Below, piece by piece: positions 51,986 through 63,748 of a stretch of 64,000 bases of DNA. This DNA comes from Octopus sinensis. Lineage: Eukaryota. Positions within the stretch are counted from its first letter, which is position 1; each line of letters begins with the position of its first letter. Position numbers and translations under genes: made by a program. The stretch lies in NCBI RefSeq assembly GCF_006345805.1, contig NC_043017.1, forward strand, positions 3,844,001-3,908,000. The letters are read 5' to 3'. The notes under the pieces were generated by a model. It did no database searches. It was not told the DNA's origin and was given only the letters and a program-made list of their open reading frames with translations.

Positions 51986-53056
51986 TTTTTACTTAATGAT
52001 TTTGCTATAAGCAGTGAATAAATGTGGAAGCGCAATAGCCCAGCGGTTAGGGCAGCGGATTCACGGTCGGAGGATCGCGGTTTCGATTCCCAGACCGGCA
52101 CTGTGTGTGTTTATTGAGCGAAAACACCTAAAAGCTCCACGAGGCTCCGGCAGGGGGTGGTGGCGACCCCTGTTGTACTCTTTCGCCCCAACTTTCTCTC
52201 ACTCCCTCTCTTCCTCTTTCTTGAGTAACACTGCGATGGACTGGCGTCTCGTCCAACTGGTGGGGAACACATACGTCAAAGAAACTGGGAAACCGGGCCC
52301 ATGAGACTGGCTAGGCTTGAAAAGGGCTAAAAAAAAGAGTGAATGAATAGAAAAATGATTCGCCAGACACGAGAAAACGATTCACAGCATTTGGATAAGT
52401 TGAGTGCGAATGTCAGCGGACATTTAATTTCTCATAGCTCAATAAATAGATTACGATTTGTGTATGAGATTTAACTTTATTGCCTTGGTAGGTCTCCACA
52501 ATGAAGGCCAGTTAAGTAGTTCTTATAAATTAGGTCAGTTTTAATCATGATATCAGTTGGTCTCCCACAAAATATTCACGTCATTTACACTCATGCACGA
52601 AAGCACACGCACAAGCACACATATTTCAATTACATTTTGTGTGTGTGTGTGTGTGTGTGTGTAAGCATGTGTTCGTTCATTTCTCTATTGCACCTTCACA
52701 TTTGATCATCGAGTTACTGATATGCGCTCGTAGACGACCACCCGATCTGATCAAAAACATAGGTAACTGCGAGAAGTGATAGTGATGGAAAACAAACGAA
52801 ATTCTAGGTTACTTCAAATAGGTTTGACACATATTTCAAATTCTGAAGGCAATTTCACAGCAGTTGAACTTGGAGAAAAAATTTTCGTTCATAGCTTTGA
52901 GCTGTTTAACAGTGTCTACACCTTTTACTACAGGCGACTATTTTTCTCCACAATAACCAAAAGCTTCCATTGTGAGTGCGCGCGCGTAGAACAGGATATT
53001 GATTTTCACCTATCTATTACTATAAATGCTCTGGGCTTTGAATATTTTCTACTCTA

Positions 53057-53405
53057 GGCACAAGGCCCGAAATTTGTGGTGGGGGGGCTAGTCGATTATC
53101 GAACCCGAAAGGATGAAAGGCAAAGTCGACCTCGGCGGAATTTGAACTCAGAATGTAAAGAGAGACGAAATACCTATTTCTTTACTACCCACAAAGGGCT
53201 AAACACAGAGGGGACAAACAAGGACAGACAAACGGATTAAGTCGATTATATCGACCACAGTGCGTAACTGGTACTTATTTAATCGACCCCGAAATGATGA
53301 AAGGCAAAGTTGACCTCGGCGGGATTTGAACTCAGAGCGTAAAGACAGACGAAATATCGCTAAGGATTTCGCCCGGCGCGTTAAAGATTCTGCTAGCTCG
53401 CCTCC
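53057..53405 (-). mobile_element. SINE family 3 head-to-tail dimer
   Basis: Internal junction gaaatacctatttctttactacc. Confidence 0.8.
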
Positions 53406-53597
53406 TTAGCACTGGGCTTTGAATATCAGATTTCATGGAAATTCTTGTAATGCCAGAGTCCTCCAAGAACTTATTCACATGATACAAACACTATCGATTA
53501 GAGAATTGCTGAAAATTCATACAAAATAGCAGGGACATTATATTTTAAGGTACGTGGATCAAAACATGCCTACACTCACTCGTACTTGTAGAATATA

Positions 53598-53646
<49 letters not shown>

Positions 53647-54421
53647 ACCAATTCACAAAGCTTTGCAAGATGTCTTGACTCAAACGAAAGAGTTTTACTT
53701 CTTTATTAAGGATATATCAAACTTTTGAAGGCCGGAATAAATACATTCCAAAGATGTGTGTATGTGTGTGTGTGTGTGGATGTTTGTGAATGTGTATGTG
53801 TATGTGTGCGTTAGTGTCTAAATTCACAAAACATCCTTCCACCCAGCTGTTGGCCAAACCCCTATGCATAAACTATACGTCAACACAAGATAAGGCGGCG
53901 AGCTGGCAGAAACGTTAGCGCACCGGGCGAAATGCTTAGTGACATTTCGTCTGCCGTCACGTTCTGAGTTCAAATTCCACCGAGGTCGACGTTGCCTTTC
54001 ATCCTTTCGGGGTCGATAAATTAAGTACCAGTTGCGCACTGGGTTCGATGTAATCGACTTAATCCGTTTGTCTGTCCTTGTTTGTCCCCTCTGTATTTAG
54101 CCCCTTGTGGGCAATAAAGAAATATATACGTCAACACAAGAATAATTTGGAACACTCTTGCTCTCTAGTTGCTGTGAAGTGCGTTCGAACCTCTTGACTG
54201 TTTCTTTACTGTATCGACACATGCAGGACAAAAGCCAACATTTAACTCAGTAAGATTTAAACTGGAACAAAAGATGATATTATAAACTAAATACAACGAA
54301 ACTCCAATCGATTCTGTCGATTCTGAATTATTCTGTTCTTATAAAATATTAAAACGAGAAAAAAGACTATTTAATGGTAATGAAAAAAAATCATACGACA
54401 ATATAAATATATTAATAACGT

Positions 54422-54427
54422 TTTATT
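54422..54427 (-). terminator. Candidate polyadenylation signal AATAAA of gene C
   Basis: Conserved with 24037-24042 within an alignable 3' block (54330-54680 vs 23940-24300). Confidence 0.35.
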
Positions 54428-54769
54428 GCCATTTTTTTCCTTTTTTTTTCATACAATTTCACGAAAGGATCCTCGAAATTGAATTACAAAGGGTACGGTT
54501 GTTAATAAAATAAGAAATAGTGCTCTGTAATTCGAGAAAAGTTTAATCTTTTCATAAGATAGTGTTACTTATTACCTCGATTGCATAAATTCTGCGTTTT
54601 TATACAGTGAAATTCTATTAAGTACAAAGCATTTGGCAGCAAAATACACCGTACAATGATGTTGTATTATCTAGGTAAAATGTAGTATAGCAATCTTTTT
54701 TGAAATCACGTCAACAAAAGGTATCAAGTGGAAGCGTTTGTTAATATTTGATAATTGTTTAACAATGTT

Positions 54770-55198
54770 GAGATCTTTTCGGTTTGACCGGCAGTTTTTT
54801 AAAATAATTTCCACGTAACTAAATACTTTTAAACTTCGTATACTGGTAGAATATGTAACATAAAACATCTTTTTCTCTTGGCTTTCTTGAGAAAATTCTG
54901 TGGTTTGTAAGATATTTGTTGTTTTTTTCTTCTATTTCTGCAATTTCAACTAATCAATGACGTCTATTGAGGTGGAAACATTCTGTGCCGTATGAATATG
55001 TCCCTCGTTTAAGAAACAGATTGGGTTTATTTACATTTCTGAAGAAAAAAAGATACCCTTCCTCCCACCCCTAACCCTAACCCTAACTAACCCTAAAACA
55101 GATTGAAATGCAATAGATTGATACTAGGGTCATAATTATGGGTGACAATTTCATATGACCCCGCTAGAAAAAACTGCCGGTCAAACCGAAAAGATCCC
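54770..55198. mobile_element. MITE with ~30-bp TIRs and internal (CCCTAA)n
   Basis: gagatcttttcggtttgaccggcagttttt / aaaaactgccggtcaaaccgaaaagatccc; aatgtt duplicated on both sides. Confidence 0.75.
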
Positions 55199-55941
55199 AA
55201 TGTTGTAAAATATATTGTATTACAAAATGGATTTACTCTCATTTCTTATAATCATCTTAAATGTTAGCGAATCATAAAAAGACATTAAAAACAGAAAAGG
55301 CTTACTTTAGAATTAGTATTTTAACTGAAATTATTACCGAAATTGTTACTATAATGGTCAAAAAGGAAACTTTCTGAAAATTGGTGCTAACTGCAACAAA
55401 AATGGATTTTCTCTGCTGAGACATTTTCACGTTTTTCATGCGATTATTTAACAAGGACATCATGTTCCTGAAAAGTGGAAAAAATTAAGAAACCAATGAA
55501 TAAAGAGGGAGATTCATGATCTATTAAGGAATTAAACAGTGTACTCCGGAGATTCATTCTAGCCCTTGTCTCGAAAATATACACAGAACTTTTAAGTATT
55601 GACTCGTAATTAGAATATTTTGAATCTGATCTTTGCGCTAGCAAGCTAGACTTAATTACTTTATAAGCTATTTTAACTACATATTATTTCTTTCACATTA
55701 GAATCAGAATACGTTCTGTTTAGCGGATTTACGATGTTTCATATGAGACTTGTATGTTTATTGTGTGCTAAAACAAAAACACATCACTATGATAAAAAGT
55801 ATTAAAATCATTGCTTTTGCAGCAAGTTCATGAAATATTCCCATTAATTGTCAGTATTAAAGTCACGTTCCTACTTAAAGCAGTGAACTGTATCAGTCTT
55901 ATTACATACTACTGACTGCCCTGAGTCTTAAGATTGTTCGT

Positions 55942-56326
55942 GGAGGCGCAATGGCCCAGTGGTTAGGGCAGCGGACTCGCGGTCATAGGATCGCGGTTTC
56001 AATTCCCAGACCGGGCGTTGTGAGTGTTTATTGAGCAAAAACACCTAAAAGCTCCACGAGGCTCCGGCAGGGGATGGTGGTGATCCCTGCTGTACTCTTT
56101 CACCACAACTTTCTCTCACTCTTACTTCCTGTTTCTGTTGTACCTGTATTTCAAGGGGCCGGCCTTGTCACTCTCTGTGTCACGCTGAATATCCCCGAGA
56201 ACTACGTTAAGGGTGCACGTGTCTGTGGAGTGTTCAGCCACTTACACGTTAATTTCACGAGCAGGCTGTTCCGTTGATTCGGATCAACCGGAACCCTCAT
56301 CGTCGTAACCGACGGAGTGCTTCCAC
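55942..56326 (+). mobile_element. SINE family 2 full-length copy with target-site duplication
   Basis: Flanked by ttaagattgttcg on both sides. Confidence 0.88.
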
Positions 56327-56658
56327 TAAAATTAAGATTGTTCGACAAAGGCATATGGAACTGATGCTTCAGTTAGAGATTTGGTTGCGCTCTTTTCTTC
56401 ATAAATAATGTTTGTACATTTTATATAGTACCTTTTTCATAGGCGCAGGAGTGGCTGTGTGGTAAGTAGCTTGCTTACCAACCACATGGCTCCAGGTTCA
56501 GTCCCACTGAGTGGCACCTTCTACTATAGCTTCGGGCCAACCAAAGCCTTGTGAGTGGATTTGGTAGTCGGAAACTGAAAGAAGCCCGTCGTATATATAT
56601 ATATATGAAAAACAAGTCAAAAATAGAAAATGCTAAAATAATTTTATAGTGAACATTT

Positions 56659-56696
56659 CAGTACCGGTTTCGGTCATTTTGAGACCTTTTCAACTG
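56659..56696 (-). ncRNA. Inverted identical copy of the hammerhead motif
   Basis: Reverse complement of 58763-58800. Confidence 0.65.
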
Positions 56697-57136
56697 TAAC
56701 GATTAAATAATTAAATTTAGAAAAATTAGAAGAAAAGTTTTTTTAAGGAATATTTCTATAGTAGTGTTCAGATATAAGTGGCATTCTGCCTTTCTCTGAC
56801 TCCCTTGTTTGCACTTGTGTGTTGGAGGTCGTTGTGAGTTCTTGGTAGGGTAGTAGAAGAAGAAGGCTGATGAGGAAAGGGGGTGGGAAAATCTGGGAGT
56901 GCCCTGATGGTCGTATTTTGAATGGTCAGTGGCGGCTAGCAGTCGCAGTTCAATTCAGGAGAATATTTCTATTGAAAGGCTTGTTTATGGAATTTGCGTA
57001 GGTGTTATACTAAAAAACATTAGTGACAAAGTTAAGGGGTAGAAGGTGGAGAAGTAGAAGAAGAAGAAGAAGAAGAAGAAGAAGAAGAAGAAGAAGAAGA
57101 AGATGACGATGTTGATGATGATGATGATGAAGAAGA

Positions 57137-58059
57137 AAGCTAATAATATAATAGAAACAGACATATATTATAAGCCTACAGACTCTAAGCATTATCTTCC
57201 ATTCAATTCATGCCACCCCAGACACACCAGGATGAATATCCCCTTCAATCTAGCAAAAAGGATATGCACTATAGTCTCTAACGCAAACACCAGAGACACA
57301 CGACTACAAGAACTAAAAGATACCGTTATCACCAGGAACTATCCACCTTCACTTATTGACAAGTGCATTCAACGTGCCCTTCAACTTAACATCAAGGAAC
57401 TGAGACATCCCAAATCAAAGAAAAACTTACAACCAAAAGCCTTACCATACATCTCCACACACAACCCTCTCAATAACGAAGCCTTCGGCACCATCCTCCA
57501 CAACATACCCCTCCTAAAAAAAGACCACAGAATGAACACAATCCTCCAAACACACACGATCATAAAAAGCAAGAGACAGCCTAAATCCATGAAAAGTCTC
57601 CTAACACAAGCCCGAATTCACTCTTCAACACAGAAGCCGACAGTAAAAAAATGTGGAAGACCCAATTGCGGGATATGCGACTATCTAATTGAGGGATCAG
57701 AGTTCTCCTTCAAACAGGGACAACGGTTTACAGTGAAAAGCAACTTCACATGTGCTTCGGAGAACCTAATATACTCACTAACCTGCTCCGGGTGTCAAGA
57801 GCAGTACATAGGCCAAACAAAAAATAGTTTGCGTAAACGAATGACCCTGCACAAATCCCAGATAAAAATTCCCCAAAACAGAAAAATAGCTTTTAGCCAA
57901 CACATAGATACTTGCGCCAACAAAAAAACACCAAGTGTCAGGATTTTCCACCTCTACCAATTTAGGGACGATACAACCTCGACACAACGAATAAGTAAAG
58001 AAACTCTCTTTATTACAAAATACAGGCCACTTCTTAACGGGTCTACGACAAACAATTAA
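57137..58059 (+). CDS. Penelope-like RT C-terminus plus GIY-YIG endonuclease (5'-truncated ORF)
   Basis: ORF track 57103-58059; first residues derive from a (GAT)/(GAA) microsatellite in the inverted arm. Confidence 0.85.
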
Positions 58060-58246
58060 TATACCTCAACTTTAGAATAAAAGAAATATACACACACAAA
58101 TATTACATTCCAAAGAATCCATTACTAATCAGCCCCAATCACAGCTATACTCCATAACATGCCAACTTCAAGTCATACAACACCTCACTACTTTCACCCA
58201 TTCATATTCTCCCTTCTCTGTTTTTTTCTTCTTCTTTCTCTTCTTC

Positions 58247-58295
<49 letters not shown>

Positions 58296-58762
58296 ACATC
58301 GTCATCTTCTTCTTCTTCTTCTTCTTCTTCTTCTTCTTCTTCTTCTTCATCATCATCATCATCAACATCGTCATCTTCTTCTTCTTCTTCTTCTTCTTCT
58401 TCTACTTCTCCACCTTCTACCCCTTAACTTTGTCACTAATGTTTTTTTAGTATAACACCTACGCAAATTCCATAAACAAGCCTTTCAATAGAAATATTCT
58501 CCTGAATTGAACTGCGACTGCTAGCTGCCACTGACCATTCAAAATACGACCATCAGGGCACTCCCAGATTTTCCCACCCCCTTTCCTCATCAGCCTTCTT
58601 CTTCTACTACCCTACCAAGAACTCACAACAACCTCCAACACACAAGTGCAAACAAGGAGTCAGAGAAAGGCAGAATGCCACTTATATCTGAACACTACTA
58701 TAGAAATATTCCTTTAAAAAACTTTTCTTCTAATTTTTCTAAATTTAATTATTTAATCGTTA

Positions 58763-58800
58763 CAGTTGAAAAGGTCTCAAAATGACCGAAACCGGTACTG
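58763..58800 (+). ncRNA. Minimal hammerhead ribozyme motif (U3:A8 variant) in PLE pseudo-LTR
   Basis: CAG-UUGAAAA-GGUC-ucaaaau-GACC-GAAA-CCG-GUA^-CUG: helix II 4 bp, GAAA, palindromic ACCGGU helix III, GUA triplet, CAG/CUG helix I. Confidence 0.65.
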
Positions 58801-59280
58801 AAATGTTCACTATAAAATTATTTTAGCATTTTCTATTTTTGACTTGTTTTTCATATATATCAACTCGTGTGTTCCTTTTCACCCTTATACATATATATAT
58901 ATATTTATATTTATATTTATATGCATGTATGTATATATATATGTATATATATGTGTGTATGTGTGTGTGTGTTTGTGTGCTTGTGTTTGTCACCCAAACA
59001 TCGCTTGGCAACCAACGCTGGTGTGTTTACTCCCCCGTAATCTAGCGGTTCGGCAAAAGAGACCGATAGAATAAGTACTAGGCTTACAAAGAATAAGTCC
59101 TGGTGTCGATTTGGTCGGCTAAAGGTGGTGCTCCTGCATGGCCACAGTCAAATGACTGAAACAGGTTAAAGAGAATATGATATCCACACGGAGACCCGGA
59201 TGACTACATAGATCAACTCTCGAACTTAGAGTAATGTACTGAAGATCTAGTGAGAAAAGTCTGAGAGAAAATGTTGGGTG

Positions 59281-59415
59281 TTAAAGCACTAAATTAAGAA
59301 ATCTTACCATATTTTCGTTGTCTTTCAAAGAAATTGTCGATTTTGATGTATCCCATTCAGTGACCTCAGAAGATGTGATTCCATCTTGCCCAGCACCGTG
59401 TTTTGATCCCCAAAT
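59281..59415 (-). CDS. IF gene C exon 10 (read-through model ends ...LKDNENMVRFLNLVL*)
   Basis: TTTAG|ATT TGG GGA; IWGSKHGAGQDGITSSEVTEWDTSKSTISLKDNENM then GTAAGA at 59307, TAA 59283-59281. Confidence 0.75.
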   Translation of the reverse strand: MWGSKHGAGQDGITSSEVTEWDTSKSTISLKDNENMVRFLNLVL

Positions 59416-59920
59416 CTAAAAATGGAAACAAAAAAATGTGATTATAGTAACAGCATCACCAACGAAAGTCATATTTCTTCTGAGACACAATGTAAGAACT
59501 ATGAAACAGAGTTTTAGTCGATTACATGGACTCCAATTCTTCACTAGTAATTTTATTTGATAAAATCGAAGTGGGAGACGGAACAGTTGACTACTTCATG
59601 ACTTCAAAATGCGAATAAAAAGCCGGAAATAAATGTCAAAGCGTATTTTTCGGATACTTTAACGATTCTGCCAAGGCAAAAAGTTTAGAAGATTAATCAA
59701 CCTCAGACGGCTGAAAAGTAAATTCGATCTTAGCAGAATTTGAACTAAGAAGAGGTGGAATGAATAACACTAGGCATTGTGTCCGATACTCTTACAATTT
59801 TGACTGTTCACAGAATGATTAGCAACTGTTTTTTGTCCGTGTTTACTGCAGAGGTCAGAGAGGTAGCATCCATTTTGAATTAACTGTTCATGATTTTAAT
59901 ACAACTAATATAGACATAGA

Positions 59921-60316
59921 CTAGCAGTATCGCCCGGCGTTGCTCGGGTTTGTAAGGGAAATAACTATATAAGCATTTTTAGAGATGTAAAGTATAATAG
60001 CCATCTCAATACGGCTAACCACAAAGTGGGGGGTGTTACTGTAGCTTTTTACGTTCTGAGATTTAATAATAAATTTTTAGAGAGTTACTTTCCTTATATA
60101 TGCCAAAAATGCATTAAAAATGGGAAAAAATTATGGTAATTTTTTTTTAAATCGTAGACTCATTGTAGACGCGCGCTAATACCTAGAAGGGCTCGATATG
60201 AATCACGACTATAAGATACCCGGTTTTGGTTAAACTGCACCGCAAAATGTGGGAGTAGTTAGGAATCTAAATCGTAGGAGACAGACAGCACACAACCTCA
60301 CTTTTATATATAAAGA
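59921..60316 (-). mobile_element. Non-autonomous Helitron-like element
   Basis: Minus strand begins a|TCTTTATATATAAAAG, ends GCAACGCCGGGCGATACTGCTAG|t (TC...CTAG termini, A/T target). Confidence 0.65.
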
Positions 60317-60469
60317 TTACACACAGGTTTAGCAACACAAGTAGAAAGCAAATGAATTCTTTCCTCCTTCTCCTCTTATTCCCCTTACATTTCATTCTCA
60401 TCATGGATCAACGGAATGAAAGGAGAAATATTACTGTTAACCTATCAGAAACAATAGACTATTACTGGT

Positions 60470-60871
60470 AGAACCGTTAGCACGTCGGACGAAATGCTTT
60501 GCGGTATTTTGTCTGCCCTTACTTTCTGAGTTCAAATTCCGCCGAAGTCGAATTTGCCTTTCATCCTTTCGGGGTCGATTAAATAAGTACCAGTTACGCA
60601 CTGGGGTCGATGTAATCGACTTAATACGTTTGTCTGCCTTTGTTTGTCCTTTCTGTGTTTAGCCCCTCGTGGGTAGTGAAGAAATGGGTATTTCGTCTGC
60701 CGCTACGTTCTGAGTTCAAATTCCGCCGAGATCGACTTTGCCTTTCATCCTTTCGGGGTCGATAAATTAAGTACCAGTTACGCGGTGGGGTCGATATAAT
60801 CGACTTAACCCCTTTGTTTGTCCTTGTTTCTCTCCTCAATGTTTAGCCCCTTGTGGGCAATAAAGAAACAA
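60470..60871 (+). mobile_element. SINE family 3 head-to-tail dimer
   Basis: Junction aagaaatgggtatttcgtctgcc. Confidence 0.8.
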
Positions 60872-60974
60872 GAACTAATATTACTCTATATTGTTACAGG
60901 GCATGCATGCTCCCAGTAGTCGATACACACGGTATTCCATTCCTGTCACTAGGTCGCCTTCTCTATTATCGACA

Positions 60975-61055
60975 TAATAATAAACATAAAAATAATAAAC
61001 ATAAAAATAATAAACATAAAAATAATAAACATAAAGATAATAAACATTAAAAATA
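60975..61055. repeat. 15-bp minisatellite (aataataaacataaa) x ~5 next to gene C exon 9 donor
   Basis: Direct observation. Confidence 0.85.
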
Positions 61056-61067
61056 ACACATACTTAC

Positions 61068-61178
61068 TTTGACAATTTTGCTAGCACCAAACACGTTACC
61101 ATTGGTAAATATATGGGTGTGGCTCTTGCCATTGTCAAGGGTTTGCGTCAATGTCCAGTTCTTCATGTTTGTTGCACC
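61068..61178 (-). CDS. IF gene C exon 9
   Basis: CGTAG|GGT GCA...GTC AAA|GTAAGT; 111 nt; GATNMKNWTLTQTLDNGKSHTHIFTNGNVFGASKIVK. Confidence 0.87.
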
Positions 61179-61324
61179 CTACGATTAGAAAGAGCATATG
61201 CATTAGACAGTAGAAAAGGAATATTGATAATGATGAATTATGCGGGTTGGCAAAGTATCATTGACTATTACAGAGGTAAAATAGATTTCCATGTTTGCGT
61301 GCGTGCATGTGTATGTGTGTATGT

Positions 61325-61357
<33 letters not shown>

Positions 61358-61385
61358 AAGAGACGGGTGAAGATTTGCTGCGGTT

Positions 61386-61803
61386 TCCTATTTCTTTATT
61401 GCCCTCAAGGGGGTAAACACAGAGGGGACAAACAAGGACAGACAAACGGATTAAGTCGATTACATCGAACACGGTGCATAACTGGTACTTATTTAATCGA
61501 CCCCGAAAGGATGAAAGGCAAAGTCGACCACGGCGGAATATGAACTCAGAACGTAACGACAGTCGAAATACCTATTTCTTTACTACCTACAAGGGGCAAA
61601 ACACAGAGAGGACAAATAAGGACAGACAGAGTGATTAAGTCGATTACATCGACCCCAGTGCGTAACTGGTACTTAATTTATCGACCCCGAAAGGATGAAA
61701 GGCAAATTCGACCTCGGCGGAATTAGAACTCAGAACGTAGCAGCAGACAAAATACCGCTATGCATTTCACCCGTCGTGGTAACGATTCTGCCAGCTCGCC
61801 GTT
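61386..61803 (-). mobile_element. SINE family 3 head-to-tail dimer
   Basis: Junction gaaatacctatttctttactacc. Confidence 0.8.
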
Positions 61804-62100
61804 TTGTATAAAGCAGTGGCATTGAGCTGCGACGGATCGGCGCCCCATCCAGTTGGGGAACCTATACGCTAATGAAACCAGGAAACCAGGCATGGCTCGA
61901 GAAGGAACAAACAGCAAAGGTGGGGCTGAACAATAACGTCGTTGTTACGTACACAAATAAAGAGAAAGCGGTCAAAGATGAGTATTAATGACCGTTAAAC
62001 TGGCTGTGAAAGTGTATGAATGAGAAAATGGTATGAAAGGTCAGAATTGCATCTGTCATCAGGAACACTTAGAAACGAACAGAACGATATGCACACTTAC

Positions 62101-62204
62101 CATTGGGAACTTAGCATGGTCTTCAAGTTGAATGTATTTTCCATCGGGTCCTACTTCAAGGATTTTCACAGAGTCTTCTGTAGGGCGGCTCATGGTCTCT
62201 TTCT
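62101..62204 (-). CDS. IF gene C exon 8 (5' part of gene lies beyond window end)
   Basis: TTCAG|AG AAA GAG...CCA ATG|GTAAGT; 104 nt; KETMSRPTEDSVKILEVGPDGKYIQLEDHAKFPM. Confidence 0.85.
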
Positions 62205-63401
62205 CTGAAGAAAATGTCCAGAGGTATGAATATTATAAACTGTACATATATAAACACGTGTGTGTGTGTGCTTGTGTGTGTATGTACTTGTGTGTGTGTG
62301 TACAAAGATACACACATGTATATATATATAGATATTTCTATATGAATTTACAGGTATATATATATAGAGAGAGACACACACACGCGCATGCACACGCACA
62401 CATGCACACACACACACACACATATATAGATATTGATAGATAAGTAGATAGATTGATAGCTACCTACTTAGTCAAATATATACATACTACGTACGTATGT
62501 ACATATATACATACACAGACACACACACACACACATACATACATACAAACATACATACATACATACATACAAACAAACATACATGGTAGCTGCCCCCTCG
62601 TTATCGAGTATGACCATTGCACGAAGCTTAACTCGTTATCGTGCAATGCCTGTGCAAGAAGAGTTTTTTTTTTTAAAGTGAGGAAAGGCTGAGCACTGAG
62701 TCAATCCCACTCACTAAGCAACAGCAGCCATGATCCGAAAAGAAGAACAAGTCAACATCATCGGTAACCACTGAGCCGCACGTTTTATGTCGGAGTCATC
62801 CCAGTTACCTGAGTTACCTTCTCATAGAAGGATGCCCTAACAAAGGCTAGGAGTCCTTCACTCCCAATGGTTTAACCGCGCGATCGGGTATCAGTCCGAT
62901 TATTTCTATGACCCCGCGCATGATACACCCTTAAGCTGGATAAGATTGATATAAGGAGTAAAAAAAAGAGAGAGAGAGAGAGAGAAACATATATAAAAAA
63001 GGCAGATATATAGTAAAGATATATATATAATTACACATTTATTGGATGGCCGTTGACTCTCAAGAGTTCCTTACCCTGTTGTTGATGTCTGATGTTGAAA
63101 TTCCAATAAAGGAGCCTTGGATCTAGGCTAGAAACCGCTTCTTTATTGGCAAGAACCCGGGATTTCTCGGTATACACAAACACAATAAAATAACCTCAGA
63201 ATTATGGAGGCTCCCTTATGCTAATTGTAACCCTCTGAGATTAAATTCCTGGGGTCGGCCTTGCCTTCCGATCTATTGGTGTCAATAACTGAGGAACTAC
63301 TATACTAATAGAATAGATTGTACACACACACACTCTCTCTCTCTCTCTCTCACACTGTCTCTGTCTTTCTCTCTCACTTCTCTCTTGCATTCCTATCTTT
63401 C

Positions 63402-63443
<42 letters not shown>

Positions 63444-63629
63444 CTCTCTCTCTCTTCTCTGTTTCGCTCATTATGTTCGGATCTGAATCTGGATGAGCTT
63501 GTTGTGTACCTGTACGCTGTGTCACGGTATCATTCTTGCCATTTTACCAATGATTTAATAGCCCAAGGTACATAACACGCACATACAAGCACATTCAAGC
63601 ACACCACATTCACTTACATACACATACTT

Positions 63630-63644
63630 ACGTATATATGTATG

Positions 63645-63693
<49 letters not shown>

Positions 63694-63717
63694 TATATAT
63701 ATTATATATATATATAG

Positions 63718-63748
<31 letters not shown>

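Larger units (their letters stand above)
56599..58860 (+). mobile_element. Penelope-like retroelement (5'-truncated) with inverted pseudo-LTR copy at its 5' end
   Basis: Stop-free ORF ~57137-58059 with PLE RT thumb motif (TDIYYKPTD...SCHP...IPFNLAKR) and GIY-YIG endonuclease (CGRPNCGIC...IYSLTCSGCQEQYIGQT...LRKRMTLHK); 56599-57137 is the reverse complement of ~58340-58860. Confidence 0.9.

Noticed and set aside
55729-55767. Candidate final exon of gene C (TAG|HTINIQVSYETS*)
   Set aside because: Lies downstream of sequence that aligns with the proximal 3' flanks of A and B, and has no counterpart in A or B
58159-58455. Poly-His/poly-Leu ORFs (also 57010-57192, 994-1182)
   Set aside because: Translations of (CAT)n/(CTT)n/(CAG)n trinucleotide tracts
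63241-63525. ORF MTQRTGTQQAHPDSDPNIMSETEKRERE... as gene C exon 7 or short-tail exon
   Set aside because: Mostly (GA)n translation; only faint resemblance to the intron 6 block; no supporting splice sites
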